Shown: positions 9,366-19,918, counted from the stretch's first letter. The stretch is 64,000 nt of DNA from an uncultured bacterium (GCA_964603785.1 CAZRWD010000001.1:24352-88351); one strand, 5' to 3'. Made by a program: numbers and translations. The notes: a model not told the origin generated them from the sequence alone.

Positions 9366-9941
9366 TCAGCCCCTCGTCCTCCCGAGGAGCCAGGCCATGT
9401 TCTGGGCGAGGATCTGCATGGTGAGGACGCCCTCCTCGTCGGATCCGACGTCCCCCTCCCGCAGGCCGAAGGCGGAGTTCCAGTATATGGAGCCGGGGAC
9501 CACCATCTGGTTGATCAGGAAGAAGTGGTTGATCGAGTCGAAGACCCTCGTAGCACCCGCACGGCGCACCGCGACCACCGCCGCGCCCGACTTGTGCCTG
9601 AGAAGGTGGTCGTTCGCGACGCAGACCATGCCCGCCCTGTCGATGAGGGCCTTCACCTCCGGCGTCACGTCGGCGAAGTAGGTGGGGGAACCGATGACGA
9701 TTCCGTCGGCGGATCTCATGGCGTCGACGAACTCGTTCAGCCTGTCGCCCTTCTGGACGCACTTCCCGTCGCGGTTGTCGAAGCACTTCATGCAGGCCCT
9801 GCAGCCGGGCAGCGGCTCGCCGCCTACCTGGAAGACCTCGGTCTCCACTCCGTGGCGTTCCAGCTCGTCCGAGACTATCCGGATCAGTGTCGCCGTGTTG
9901 CCGGCCCTTCTCGGACTGCCGTTGAAAGCGACGACCTTCAT
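9366..9941 (-). CDS. Flavodoxin family / iron-sulfur flavoprotein (NADPH-dependent FMN reductase family)
   Basis: [14 protein letters not shown], CxxCxxC...C (CRACMKC...C), [13 protein letters not shown]. Confidence 0.9.
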   Translation of the reverse strand: MKVVAFNGSPRRAGNTATLIRIVSDELERHGVETEVFQVGGEPLPGCRACMKCFDNRDGKCVQKGDRLNEFVDAMRSADGIVIGSPTYFADVTPEVKALIDRAGMVCVANDHLLRHKSGAAVVAVRRAGATRVFDSINHFFLINQMVVPGSIYWNSAFGLREGDVGSDEEGVLTMQILAQNMAWLLGRTRG

Positions 9942-10081
9942 AGGGAACCCCCCTCCGTCGAGTGGAAGATAGCCCCGCCGGGCAGGTGACGGCCATCGTC
10001 CCGTCCCCGGCTGCCGCCCGGCGCCCGCATGCCTCATCCTGTGCAGTTTGCCCCGGGGGTGCGGTTCCCTATGATCCAGCC

Positions 10082-13000
10082 ATGTCTGGAATCCGGCAGG
10101 AACCGGACCGGGGGGACCCGGGCATCCGAAGGGCCATCGAGGCGGTCGAGGCCCTCGAAGGGATCCTCCCCGCCGAGGTGCGCGGGACCGTCCTGTCCGT
10201 GCTGCGCGACAGGATGCGCCGCGGGCCCGGACCCGGCGTCACGGGCGAGGGCGACATCCGCAGGCAGGCTTCGATCCTCTTCGCCGACATCACGGGCTTC
10301 ACGTCGATCTCCGAGTCGCTCGACCCGGAGCACGTCACGGATGCGGTCAACTCCCTCTGGATCGAGGTCGACGGGGTCATCAGGGATCACGGCGGCTGGA
10401 TAGACAAGCACATCGGCGATGCCGTGATGGCAGTCTGGGGGATGGGGCGCACGAGGGAGGACGATCCGGTGCGCGCCGTCAGGGCGGCCCTGGCGCTGCA
10501 GGAGCGCATCCGGCTGCTGAGGGAGTCCTGGCCCAGGCCCTTCAGGATGCGGGCGGCCGTTCACACCGGGCTGGTCTACATCGGGAGGGTCGGAACCACC
10601 GGCGAGTACACCGCGATAGGAGACGCCGTCAACACCGCGAGCAGGCTCCAGTCCGCGGCCCCTCCCGACGGCGTCCTGATATCGGGCGACACGTCGCGCC
10701 TCGTCAGGGGCGCATTCGAGACCGTGCCCGTCGAGCCTCTCAGCCTGCACGGGAAGAGCAGGAGGATCGACGCCTGCCTTGTCACCGGGGTCTCGGGCGC
10801 CGGACGGATAGAACGGGGGATCCCCGGCATCTCCTCGGGTCTCGTCGGGAGGCGCGGGGAGCTCGAAGCCCTCGTCGGGCACGCCGGGAGGTGCGCCACG
10901 GGGGAAGGGTCTCCGCTCCTGACGGTGCTCGGCGAGGCCGGCATGGGCAAGTCGCGCCTCTCGGACGAGTTCCTGCGGGCGCTCCGCCCCGGCTCCGGGG
11001 ATGCGCCGATGACCGCACGGGCGACATGCTCTCCTGATTCCGGGGAAAGCCCGATGTCTCTGTTCCGGGACGCCCTGGGCTCGATGGCTGGCGTCTCCGA
11101 TTCCGATCCCCCTGCCGTGCTGCTGGATAAGCTACGGGCGGCCTTCGGCGGGGAGGTCCCTGCGGAGGACGCGGCACTCGCGGGCAGCGCTGCGGGCTTC
11201 GACCTCTCCTCCGTCGAGTCCGTCAGGAGGCTGAGCGGCAGCGCCAGCTTCGGCGGCCAGGCCCGGGCGGCCCTGTCCCGGGTGCTCGGCGCCTCGGCCG
11301 ACAGGCAGGGCCTGCTCATGATCCTCGACGACATCCACTGGGCGGATGAGGCATCGCTTGAGTTCCTCTCCGGCCTGGCCGCGTCACCACCCTCCGCCCG
11401 CCTGGCCATCGTCTGCCTCGCAAGGCCCACCCTCCTGGAGAGGCTCCCCGACTGGTCCCGGACAGGCCGGGTGATCGAGCTGCATCCCCTCTCGGCCTCC
11501 GAGAGCGGCGAGCTGGTCTCGACGCTCCTGACCAGGCGGGACCTCCTGCCGGAGGGTCTCGTCGAGGCGATCGCGTCGGCATCCGAGGGCAATCCCTACT
11601 ACGCCGAGGAGATGCTCAGGATGATGATCGAGGAGGGGGTGCTCACGCGTGCCGACGGCTGCTGGACGTCGACCGTCGAGGACTTCGGCGGGATGGACGT
11701 CCCGACGACCCTGACCGGGATCCTACAGGCCAGGCTCGACATGCTCGACCTCGCGGAGAGGCGCCTCCTGCAGAAGGCCTCGGTGATCGGAAGGCAGTTC
11801 TGGGACGGAGCCCTGGCCGGGCTCGACGAGACCGGATGCTCACCCCTGCTGGAGTCGTTGGAGGGCCGCGGGCTCGTTCTGCAGAACGGATCCACGACCT
11901 TCGATGGGACGCTCGAGTACCTCTTCAGGCACTCCCTCCTCCGCGACGTTGCCTACGGGACTGTACTGCTGAAGCTCAGGAGGACCTATCACTCGAGGGT
12001 CGCTCGCTGGCTTTCGTCGGCGAGCCCGGGGCGCAGCGCAGAGCACTCTCCCGTTATCGCCGGGCACTTCGACAAGGCCGGGGAGGCGCCGGAGGCGGTG
12101 AGGTGGTACGTCGTCGCCGGAGACAGGGCTCGTCGGATAAGCTCGTTCGCCGACGCGCTCAGATGCTATCGAAGGGCCTCGGAGCTGCTCTCGGACGGGT
12201 CGGACGAGCCGGCCAGGGCACGGTGCCTCCACGGGGCCGGCAACTGCCTGGAGAAGCTGGGCCGGTACGACGAGGCGAGGGAGACCCTGCGCGAGGCTCT
12301 GGAGATGGCCGGGGCGTTGGGCGATCCCCTGACCGAGTCGCTCGTCCTGTCGACCCTCACATGGATCACGGGGATCATCGAGGGCATGCGCCCCGCCGAG
12401 GAACTCGCGAGGAGAGCCCTTGATGCCGCCGAGAGATCGGGCGACCCCCTGGCGCTGGCCAGGGCGGTCATGAGGATGGCCGACTACGAGGAGGAGCCCC
12501 TCTACGAGAAGCACCTGCCCTACTACCTGCAGGCCCGCGAACGCTACGGCGCGGCAGGGGACAGGCACGGGGTGGCCCTGGCCCTCCTGAACGCGGGGAA
12601 CAGCGCGATGCGGTTCGGGATGCACGAGGAGGCCCGCAGGTGGTACCGCGAGAGCCTCGAGATCTACAGGGAGATCGGGGACAGGTGGGGGCAGGCGAAC
12701 TGCCTGGGCAACCTGGGCAACGTGGAGGCCGCGGCCGGCGCCTTCGGCGAGGCAGCCGCGCTCCACCTGCAGAGCCGTGACATGTCCGACTCCATCGGGG
12801 ATGTCGAGGGAGTGGTCATCTGTCATCTGAACATGGCCGATGACTGCGCCCGGCTCGACGACCGCCCCGGACTGGCCGCCAACCTCGCGAGATGCCTCGA
12901 TCTGGCTGTCGGGGTGGGTCTGATGCCGCTCGCGATGGAGGCCGCAATGAGGCTCTGCCTCGAAACCGGGGGAGGTGCAGTGGGTGAGGTGCTGCGTCAG

Positions 13001-13153
13001 CTGGCGGTGTGCGGCGGCATGAACGACAGGGTCGAGTCAATCGTACGGGAGAGGTTTCCCGGGCTCCCGGAGAACTCCTCAGGGTTCGATCCCGATGGTT
13101 TCCGGACGGCAGTACGGGCTCTGCTCGACGAGGTTGCGGGTGCGGGGCATTGA
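10082..13153 (+). CDS. Class III adenylate/guanylate cyclase - AAA (STAND-like) ATPase - TPR protein
   Basis: [32 protein letters not shown]; Walker A GEAGMGKS; Walker B LDDIHWAD; C-terminal TPR-like repeats. Confidence 0.9.
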   Translation: MSGIRQEPDRGDPGIRRAIEAVEALEGILPAEVRGTVLSVLRDRMRRGPGPGVTGEGDIRRQASILFADITGFTSISESLDPEHVTDAVNSLWIEVDGVIRDHGGWIDKHIGDAVMAVWGMGRTREDDPVRAVRAALALQERIRLLRESWPRPFRMRAAVHTGLVYIGRVGTTGEYTAIGDAVNTASRLQSAAPPDGVLISGDTSRLVRGAFETVPVEPLSLHGKSRRIDACLVTGVSGAGRIERGIPGISSGLVGRRGELEALVGHAGRCATGEGSPLLTVLGEAGMGKSRLSDEFLRALRPGSGDAPMTARATCSPDSGESPMSLFRDALGSMAGVSDSDPPAVLLDKLRAAFGGEVPAEDAALAGSAAGFDLSSVESVRRLSGSASFGGQARAALSRVLGASADRQGLLMILDDIHWADEASLEFLSGLAASPPSARLAIVCLARPTLLERLPDWSRTGRVIELHPLSASESGELVSTLLTRRDLLPEGLVEAIASASEGNPYYAEEMLRMMIEEGVLTRADGCWTSTVEDFGGMDVPTTLTGILQARLDMLDLAERRLLQKASVIGRQFWDGALAGLDETGCSPLLESLEGRGLVLQNGSTTFDGTLEYLFRHSLLRDVAYGTVLLKLRRTYHSRVARWLSSASPGRSAEHSPVIAGHFDKAGEAPEAVRWYVVAGDRARRISSFADALRCYRRASELLSDGSDEPARARCLHGAGNCLEKLGRYDEARETLREALEMAGALGDPLTESLVLSTLTWITGIIEGMRPAEELARRALDAAERSGDPLALARAVMRMADYEEEPLYEKHLPYYLQARERYGAAGDRHGVALALLNAGNSAMRFGMHEEARRWYRESLEIYREIGDRWGQANCLGNLGNVEAAAGAFGEAAALHLQSRDMSDSIGDVEGVVICHLNMADDCARLDDRPGLAANLARCLDLAVGVGLMPLAMEAAMRLCLETGGGAVGEVLRQLAVCGGMNDRVESIVRERFPGLPENSSGFDPDGFRTAVRALLDEVAGAGH

Positions 13154-13281
13154 CCCGGGACAGCGCAGGTGTAGGTTACCGCATCCGGTCATGATCTAGG
13201 TCCGAAGGGCCACCCAGACCGCAGGGAAGGGTGGCCATGTTCGTCTCCACGGGAACCGGATGGCGCGATGGTCCGCTGCGG

Positions 13282-13842
13282 ATGCCCGCCACCGCGGCCC
13301 TGCTTCTCATCGACTGCCAGAAGGCGTTCACCTCTGCCGGGAATCCCGCCTCGGCGGCCGGCGCGGACGATGCCCTCGCCCGTGCCGTTCGGCTGGCCCG
13401 GCTCTTCCACGACCTTTCACTCCCGGTCTTCGCGACGATGCACGTCCACTCCGCGCCACCCCCCCGGGGAGGCATGGGAAGCTGGTGGAACACCTTCCTG
13501 GAGGAGGGCGACGCCGCCGCCGGGCTGGATCCGGCCATCTCCGGCATCGCACCGAAGGTGATCCGCAAGGAGTGCTACTCCGCGCTCCGTGGGACCGGGC
13601 TTGTCGAGGATCTCGAGATGCTGGGAGTGGACACCCTCGTGCTCTGCGGCTTCCTGACCCACATCTGCGTCGACTCCACGGCGCGGCACGCATTCCAGCT
13701 GGGCTACGACGTGCTGGTCGTCTCAGACGCGTGCGCATCGGTGTCGACCTCGCTGCACGAGGCCTCCCTGCTCTGCCTCTCCCATGCGGTCGCCCGCGTG
13801 GAGACGACCGGGAGGATAGCGCGGGTCCTGGGTTCGTGCTGA
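13282..13842 (+). CDS. Isochorismatase-family cysteine hydrolase
   Basis: Catalytic triad Asp (LLIDCQ), Lys (IRKECYSA), Cys (THICVDSTAR); start uncertain (13231-13282). Confidence 0.88.
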   Translation: MPATAALLLIDCQKAFTSAGNPASAAGADDALARAVRLARLFHDLSLPVFATMHVHSAPPPRGGMGSWWNTFLEEGDAAAGLDPAISGIAPKVIRKECYSALRGTGLVEDLEMLGVDTLVLCGFLTHICVDSTARHAFQLGYDVLVVSDACASVSTSLHEASLLCLSHAVARVETTGRIARVLGSC

Positions 13843-14711
13843 CGGGGAATGCAACCCTTGTGGTCGTCGGCGCCGGTCCGGCCGGAGTGGCGGCCGCCGT
13901 CGAGGCCGCAAGGCTGGGTGCATCGCCGGTGCTGCTCGACGAATCGGGGAGGGCGGGAGGCACGATACTGGCGGCCATGGAGGTGAGGAACCTCCCCTCC
14001 GACAGGCTCCCGCTCTCGGGCGCCGACGTCGGCTCGATGCTGGAGGCGCTGCTACGCGAGTGGGGCATCCACCCGGAGGAGGGGCGGGTGGTCAGGGTCT
14101 CCGTGCGGGGGGACTCGGTCATCGTCGCCACGGGGTGCGGCTTGGAATGCGCATGCGACCTCGCCGTGATCGCGACCGGCACCAGGGCCAGGATGCCCTC
14201 CGTGCAGGGGATGCCGGAGGGAGTGCTCCGCACATCCGCACGCGATGTCCTCCGCGATCCGGGAGTCGCGGAGGCGGCCGTGATCGGGGGAGGTGACACC
14301 GCATTCGACCAGGCGAGATTGCTCCTCGCAAATGGTCTTCGCGTGTCGCTTCTGTGCAGGTCGCAGGCCCCCTCCGCGCCCGGCTGGCTCGTGAGGAGGG
14401 CGCTGGGGGAGGGGCTGGACCTCCGGCTCTCCACCCTGGTCCGTTCCGCAGAGGCCGCCTCCGGGGGGGTCAGGCTCGTCTGCAGGGACGGTGGGGGAGA
14501 GTCGGGGATCATGTTCGACGCGGTGGTCGCGGCCGTGGGAAGGGATCCCGTCCTCCCGGACGGGGCGGCCGCCCTGGCCTCCGATCGCCCCGATCTCGTC
14601 TCGGTCGCGGGCGATGCGGACGGTTCAGCGGGAAGGTACGTCACAAGGGCGATGGCCGCGGGGATGCTCGCGGCGAGGACGCTTCTGGAGGGAATATGGA
14701 GCCGCTCGTGA
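13836..14711 (+). CDS. NAD(P)/FAD-dependent oxidoreductase, thioredoxin-reductase-like but without CxxC
   Basis: VVGAGPAG, IATG, VIGGGDTA, AGD motifs; GTG 13836 overlaps the upstream stop. Confidence 0.82.
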   Translation: MLTGNATLVVVGAGPAGVAAAVEAARLGASPVLLDESGRAGGTILAAMEVRNLPSDRLPLSGADVGSMLEALLREWGIHPEEGRVVRVSVRGDSVIVATGCGLECACDLAVIATGTRARMPSVQGMPEGVLRTSARDVLRDPGVAEAAVIGGGDTAFDQARLLLANGLRVSLLCRSQAPSAPGWLVRRALGEGLDLRLSTLVRSAEAASGGVRLVCRDGGGESGIMFDAVVAAVGRDPVLPDGAAALASDRPDLVSVAGDADGSAGRYVTRAMAAGMLAARTLLEGIWSRS

Positions 14712-15661
14712 GGCAGATCGCGCACCGTCGCGCCGGCAGTGTCGCAGACATCTTCCTGCTGTCGCTCGGGGACGACCCCCGGGAGTCGGTGGAGTGCGTC
14801 GGGGCGGTAGATCCGTCGCTGCCGTCGCGCGAGGACAAGATGGTCCTGATGGTCTCCACCCAGTTCGGGTGCCCCATGGGATGTCTGATGTGCGACGCCG
14901 GGACGGAGTTCCACGGCAGCCTGACTGACGGACAGATCCACGCGCAGATCGACTGGCTGCTCGCGACCTGGGCGGGTGACGCCGCGCGGCGCTGCCGCAA
15001 GCTTAAGGTGCAGTTCGCGAGGATGGGCGAGCCGTCCCTGAACGACGCCGTTCTGGACGTCTTGAGGGCGCTGCCGGAGAGGCACGGTCTGCCCGGCCTG
15101 CTCCCCTGCATCGCCTCGGTCATGCCCCGGGGGAGGGACGGCTGGTTCGAAGCTCTCGCAGGGATCAGGGACGAGCTGTACCCGGGCGGGATGTTCCAGC
15201 TGCAGATATCCATGCAGAGCACTTCCGAGAGCGGGAGGAGGAGGATGATCCCGGCCCCGACCATGAGCTTCGAGGAGATGGGCGGGTTCGCGGAAAGGTT
15301 CGTCGGGCAGGGCGACAGGAAGGTCACCCTCAACTTCGCCCTGGAGCAGGGCGGGGAGTTCGATCCGGGCAGCCTGCTCCGGCACTTCTCCCCGGGGAAG
15401 TGCCTCGTCAAGCTGACCCCTCTGAATCCCACGGCATCGGTCGGCCGGAACGGGCTCGTTCCCGCGGCCACGGCGAGGGACACCGCGATGCTGACCGCCG
15501 CCGCCGGAGAGGCCGCCGCATGCGGCTACGAGGTGATCGTCAGCGTCGGCCTCGAGGAGGAGAGCCTCGCTGGTTCGAGCTGCGGACAGCTCGCATTCGG
15601 GTCCGGCGGGAGGGTGCAGGCCGGTGATCTCCAGTCGCAAGTCGAAGTGCTGCAACCCTGA
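14696..15661 (+). CDS. RlmN/Cfr-like radical SAM protein (divergent)
   Basis: STQFGCPMGCLMCDAG (CxxxCxxC), RMGEP, LTPLN, C-terminal SCGQL. Confidence 0.85.
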   Translation: MEPLVRQIAHRRAGSVADIFLLSLGDDPRESVECVGAVDPSLPSREDKMVLMVSTQFGCPMGCLMCDAGTEFHGSLTDGQIHAQIDWLLATWAGDAARRCRKLKVQFARMGEPSLNDAVLDVLRALPERHGLPGLLPCIASVMPRGRDGWFEALAGIRDELYPGGMFQLQISMQSTSESGRRRMIPAPTMSFEEMGGFAERFVGQGDRKVTLNFALEQGGEFDPGSLLRHFSPGKCLVKLTPLNPTASVGRNGLVPAATARDTAMLTAAAGEAAACGYEVIVSVGLEEESLAGSSCGQLAFGSGGRVQAGDLQSQVEVLQP

Positions 15662-15754
15662 AGCACTCAGCTGCAGGACCCTCTTCATCCCCTCCCGGAA
15701 GCGCCGCACCGGGAACGGTATGGTTGGCAAGGTTATGTGCGCCGGCCGGATCCC

Positions 15755-15782
15755 TTGACGTTGCCCGGAGTTCAGCTATTAT
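15755..15782 (+). promoter_or_regulatory. Sigma70-type promoter of the RRM gene
   Basis: TTGACG-N16-TATTAT. Confidence 0.7.
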
Positions 15783-15871
15783 CCCCGTGTTTGATACAGT
15801 TTGTCTTGCGTCTGGGGTCAGTACCTTCCTCTCTGTTCACGCACTCCCCGTCCCAGGCATCTGATCAAAAG

Positions 15872-15980
15872 GGGTCCCTTCCGGACCCGGGGCCGCCCGG
15901 CGCCCATCTGCCGGGAATCTGCCCCGCGAGATCGGGGCGTGTCGGCGGGAAACCGCCGAGAGTGAGGGTGGAAGCCCTCA
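15872..15980 (+). ncRNA. Candidate structured cis-regulatory 5' leader with five consecutive hairpins
   Basis: Stems at 15872-15888, 15896-15915, 15921-15938, 15942-15959 (GAAA loop) and 15963-15980 (GGAA loop), ending directly before the SD. Confidence 0.5.
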
Positions 15981-15993
15981 GAAGGAGAGAAGC

Positions 15994-16263
15994 GTGAGCA
16001 ACAAGCTGTTTGTCGGCGGTCTCGCATGGGCCACCACGGATCAGTCCCTCGCCAAGGCCTTTTCGGCCCATGGTGAGGTCACCGAGGCTCGTGTCGTGCA
16101 GGATCGCGACACCGGCAGGTCCCGCGGCTTCGGCTTCGTGACTTTTGCCACGGCCGAGAGCGCGCAGGCTGCGAAGAACGCCATGGACAACGCCGTCATC
16201 GACGGCCGCAACGTCCGCGTCGACTTCGCAACCGACCGGGAACGCAGCAACACCAGAAGGTAA
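15994..16263 (+). CDS. RNA-binding protein, single RRM domain
   Basis: RNP2 LFVGGL, RNP1 RGFGFVTF; SD AGGAG; no Gly-rich tail. Confidence 0.95.
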   Translation: MSNKLFVGGLAWATTDQSLAKAFSAHGEVTEARVVQDRDTGRSRGFGFVTFATAESAQAAKNAMDNAVIDGRNVRVDFATDRERSNTRR

Positions 16264-16285
16264 TTCCGGGCGCTGTGTCTTTCGG

Positions 16286-16320
16286 GGGGGCGGTCCTTCG
16301 GGGCCGCCCCCTCTCTTTGT
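16286..16320 (+). terminator. Rho-independent terminator
   Basis: GGGGGCGGTCC-TTCG-GGGCCGCCCCC followed by TCTCTTTGT. Confidence 0.75.
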
Positions 16321-16411
16321 CGGGCCCTCGCACATGCCTTATGTCTTGTCCTGCTCGACCGCCGGCGGCCCGGTGATCCAGCCGCCGCTTCACGCGAGGG
16401 GGGACCTGACC

Positions 16412-17914
16412 ATGTACCGTGGATACAGGAGGGTGCTGGCGCCAATCCTGCTGCTGGCGCTGCTCCCCTTCGGCTCGGAGTCGTCGGTCTTCGTCCAGAC
16501 CGACTGGTCGGAACCGGGCGCCGACCTCCCCGTGCGCGAGTGGGCGGACGACTTCGATGACGCCTCCGGCGTCAGCCTCTCCAGCTTTCCGGGATCCCTC
16601 GTCCTGGGCTTCGAGACGACCGAGATCGGGCTCGGGGGCGTCGGAGCGCCCGTCGCCGCTCTGTCATGCGCAGACCTCGACCTCGATGGAGACTGCGACA
16701 TCGCCGCGGCCACGGGCGACCGCATCGTCTGGTTCGACAACCTCGGCGGCGGGCGCAGCTTCGCGGTCCACCCGGTCCTCCCGCCCGGCAGCGGAACACC
16801 CTCCGGTCTGGTCCCGCTCGACTCCGACGGCGACGGCGACATTGACCTCGCGGCCGTCCTGGAGCCGGGAGGATCGATCCTACTCCTGCGGAACGACGGA
16901 TTCGACATCTGGCCCGTGACCACCCTCGCCGGGGGCGTCGGAGCGGCATTTCCAGTCGTCGGTGACTTCGACGGAGACGGGCTGGACGATCTCGCGGTCC
17001 TGACTGGGACCGACCCCCTGGCTGTGGTGCTCCTGAATCCGGGTTCGGCAGGGGGGGAATGGGTCCGATCCGTGGTCGCACAGGCTCATGTCTGGGATCG
17101 TCTGTTCGCGGGGGACGTCCAGGGCGACGGAACCGACGATCTGCTGATATCCGTTCTCTCCGCCGGGATCGTGCGAATCTGCACGATGATCGACGGCGGG
17201 TGGGTCGAATGGAGTGTGAACTGCCCCTGGCCGTCGGGCTGCGCAGTCGCCGACCTTCTCGCCGACAGTCCCGGGCCGGAGACGGTCCTCTCGTCCTCCT
17301 CCGCCGATACCGTGTTCGTGGTGACGGATGACGGCTCCGGACGCAGAGCCCTCGAGCCCCTCGCGGGAGGCCTCCTGGAACCGCGTGACCCGTTTGCCGG
17401 CGACTTCGACGGAGACGGGGACGAGGACCTCGCGGCATTCTCGTCGGGCCTGGACGAGCTCTCCTGGTGGGAGAACACCAGCGGCGGATTCGAACTGCGG
17501 TTCGGGGGGAGCATCCCGGGCGTCTCCGCCGTGGCATGCGGAGACCTCGACGGAGACGGCGCCGACGAGCCTGTTACGGGGACCTCTCCTGAAGGGGAGG
17601 TGTCCTGGTGGGACCTCGGAGGCTTCGAGGACCGCGGGGAGATCGTGTCTTCGATCCTGCTGGTGTCGGAAGGAGCCCCCTCCGCGACTCTGACGGTCGA
17701 CGCGGACACCCCTCCCGGCACCTCGGTGCAGGCGAGCGTGAGGATCTCACGGGACCGGACCCGGATGGGGGACTGGATTCCCGTTTCCGGATCGGAGGGC
17801 GCCATCGCCGGCTTCCCGGCACACGGACACTTCCTCCTCCAGTACAGGCTGGTCCTGGAGTCGATGGACCCCTCCGCCACCCCCGTGGTCCGCGAGGTCC
17901 GGCTGAGGCTCTGA
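16412..17914 (+). CDS. Secreted FG-GAP/VCBS repeat protein
   Basis: Signal peptide; repeated DxDxDGDxD motifs (DLDLDGDCD, DSDGDGDID, DFDGDGLDD, DFDGDGDED, DLDGDGADE). Confidence 0.82.
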   Translation: MYRGYRRVLAPILLLALLPFGSESSVFVQTDWSEPGADLPVREWADDFDDASGVSLSSFPGSLVLGFETTEIGLGGVGAPVAALSCADLDLDGDCDIAAATGDRIVWFDNLGGGRSFAVHPVLPPGSGTPSGLVPLDSDGDGDIDLAAVLEPGGSILLLRNDGFDIWPVTTLAGGVGAAFPVVGDFDGDGLDDLAVLTGTDPLAVVLLNPGSAGGEWVRSVVAQAHVWDRLFAGDVQGDGTDDLLISVLSAGIVRICTMIDGGWVEWSVNCPWPSGCAVADLLADSPGPETVLSSSSADTVFVVTDDGSGRRALEPLAGGLLEPRDPFAGDFDGDGDEDLAAFSSGLDELSWWENTSGGFELRFGGSIPGVSAVACGDLDGDGADEPVTGTSPEGEVSWWDLGGFEDRGEIVSSILLVSEGAPSATLTVDADTPPGTSVQASVRISRDRTRMGDWIPVSGSEGAIAGFPAHGHFLLQYRLVLESMDPSATPVVREVRLRL

Positions 17915-17923
17915 GGCTCCCGT

Positions 17924-19918
17924 TCAGTCCAGCGGCTCGTTCAGCCGTTCGGTTCCCGGGAGCACGAACCTCCCGCCGCTTATCAGAAGAGTCTCCCTGC
18001 CGTCCGGCCCGACCGCCGAGATGCTGTCGAGCGAGCTGTAGGGCAGGGTTATGTCGGCATGCCTGTGGGTGTACGCCCTGGAGGGATCCTCCCTCCTCAG
18101 GCAGGTCCTCTCGTTCTCCCTTGCGATGACCTCCTTGCCGTCCAGCACGTTGTGGACGGGATGATCCTCCTCCCACGAGAAGCAGGTGTCCCCTATGGCG
18201 ATGTGGGGGCCCATCTTCTCCAGGATGAGCACCGGCATCAGGTCCATGATCCCGTGCCGCCGCGCCATGCTGTATGCGAATGTGTTGGTGCCGATGGCGA
18301 ACTCCCCCATGGGCAGCGTCTCGTACGGATGCAGGAGGTTGTCGTAGACATACTTCCTGCCCTGCTCCGGGTCCGGGAAGTTGCCGCAGCCGTATCCGGT
18401 GACGAGTCCGTTCGCGAACACGATCTCGAGGTCGATGTACTTGAGACCGGAGATGAAGGCCTCCTCGACGTGCAGGACCCCGGCCGTACCCTCCAGGACG
18501 GGCGATGTGTAGACCTCCCCGAGCGGGATGTTCACAGTGGCCAGGCAGTTCTGGAAGTTGGTCTGCGTCGCCGGGTCGGACAGGGCATGGAGTCTGACCT
18601 CGAGGTCCGTCCTGTTACCGGCGGCCCCTCTCACGCGGACCGACGATGCCGTGTCGAGGACGTCTATGAGAGCCTTCTGGATCACCGCGTACTCCGAGTT
18701 GTCGAGGGTGTTCATCCTCACGGTGTCCTCGAAGATCGAAGGGAAGTCGCCCCTTATCGCCGGCGAGGGGAAGGCGGCCGCCGTGAAGCTCCAGCCGGCC
18801 CGGGGCATGAACTCCTCGGAGAGCTTCATGATCCTCGTCGTGAGTTCGCGGTAGAGCGCGTCGGACTCGGGGCCGGGCCGTGCCGCATGGGGGGAGGGGA
18901 CCGGTGAGAAGGGCTCGTTGCCGAAGGTGCTCACCGAGATCACGCCGGAGTAGCGGGAGGGAAGAGGGCCGAGCGCCTCGTACGCGGACCGCGATTCCGA
19001 GACGAGCCTTTCGACGGCCTCGGGGGAGATGTAGAGCGACCAGTCGAACTTGTGGTCATAGTCGGCCTGGCGGTTGACCGGCTGTGTCGACACCCTGGTG
19101 AATACGGGGCTTATGGACCTGGATTCCAGCTCGCCTCCGACGAGAGCGGCGATCCGCTCGAAGCCCGCCGGGAACATCAGGGACGCGGTGCCCTTGGCCG
19201 AGAGGTCCTTCCCCTCAGTCGAGAAGCCCAGCTCGTAGGACTCGACGATCCTGCCCGCGATCAGGGCGGCCTCCTCCGCGGGGAGGCCGTTGACGTGCGC
19301 GGCCATCCTGATGTCCTCCGGCCTGATCCTTCTCCCGTATCTGAAGAGGTGGCGAGGGTCGCCGTCTGCGGCGGCTGCCGGGACGGTGTCCCCGAAGAAG
19401 CGGAACGAGGGGTCGAGCTGTTCGGAGATCGATGTCCGCCTGATCCCCGAGATCGCGTCGACCATGAACGTCCTGAGGACATCGACCGCCTCGTCGGCGC
19501 CGCCGCACCCCTCGAGCGCCGGGAGAACACGGAAGACCAGGGACATCAGGCTCCTGTCGTGCCGGAAGGCGAGATGGCAGCAGGTCTCGATGTTCATCCT
19601 CCAGGCGGCCAGGAGCTGCCCGGGGACCTCGCCGAGGACGGGGACGGTGTTGGACGGGTTCATCCATCCGAGGGCGTAGCCGTCGCCCTCGAGAAGGCCG
19701 AAGAGGCTGTCGTTGTCGGCCTGCAGCTCCTCCAGGCCGCGCCTGAAGTAGTCCGGTCCCGCCTTCTGCTCGATCCCGGCGATCTCCAGTATCCGGCCTG
19801 CCGCCTCGGCGAGCATCGGCGAGAGAGCGCCCCATCGCGGGGAGGATTTCCCGGAGATGCGTCCGGCCGTCTCGAGGATCTCCCCCCAGGCACGCGAACC
19901 TTCCAGCTTGTCCGTCAT
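17924..19918 (-). CDS. Aminopeptidase (M29 / thermophilic metalloprotease-like) with N-terminal extension
   Basis: NIPLGEVYTSP, GEFAIGTN, EKMGPHIAIGD, HADIT. Confidence 0.8.
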   Translation of the reverse strand: MTDKLEGSRAWGEILETAGRISGKSSPRWGALSPMLAEAAGRILEIAGIEQKAGPDYFRRGLEELQADNDSLFGLLEGDGYALGWMNPSNTVPVLGEVPGQLLAAWRMNIETCCHLAFRHDRSLMSLVFRVLPALEGCGGADEAVDVLRTFMVDAISGIRRTSISEQLDPSFRFFGDTVPAAAADGDPRHLFRYGRRIRPEDIRMAAHVNGLPAEEAALIAGRIVESYELGFSTEGKDLSAKGTASLMFPAGFERIAALVGGELESRSISPVFTRVSTQPVNRQADYDHKFDWSLYISPEAVERLVSESRSAYEALGPLPSRYSGVISVSTFGNEPFSPVPSPHAARPGPESDALYRELTTRIMKLSEEFMPRAGWSFTAAAFPSPAIRGDFPSIFEDTVRMNTLDNSEYAVIQKALIDVLDTASSVRVRGAAGNRTDLEVRLHALSDPATQTNFQNCLATVNIPLGEVYTSPVLEGTAGVLHVEEAFISGLKYIDLEIVFANGLVTGYGCGNFPDPEQGRKYVYDNLLHPYETLPMGEFAIGTNTFAYSMARRHGIMDLMPVLILEKMGPHIAIGDTCFSWEEDHPVHNVLDGKEVIARENERTCLRREDPSRAYTHRHADITLPYSSLDSISAVGPDGRETLLISGGRFVLPGTERLNEPLD

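Noticed and set aside
14696-15661. Calling the radical SAM gene rlmN or the resistance gene cfr
   Set aside because: It lacks the Cys118 equivalent and the MGMGEP motif is altered (ARMGEP); gene symbol withheld.
13328-15730. Long antisense ORFs (e.g. 13328-15730, 32924-35062, 37786-39849, 61224-63473)
   Set aside because: Shadow ORFs expected in ~70% GC DNA opposite well-supported genes; Arg/Pro/Gly-rich and without motifs.
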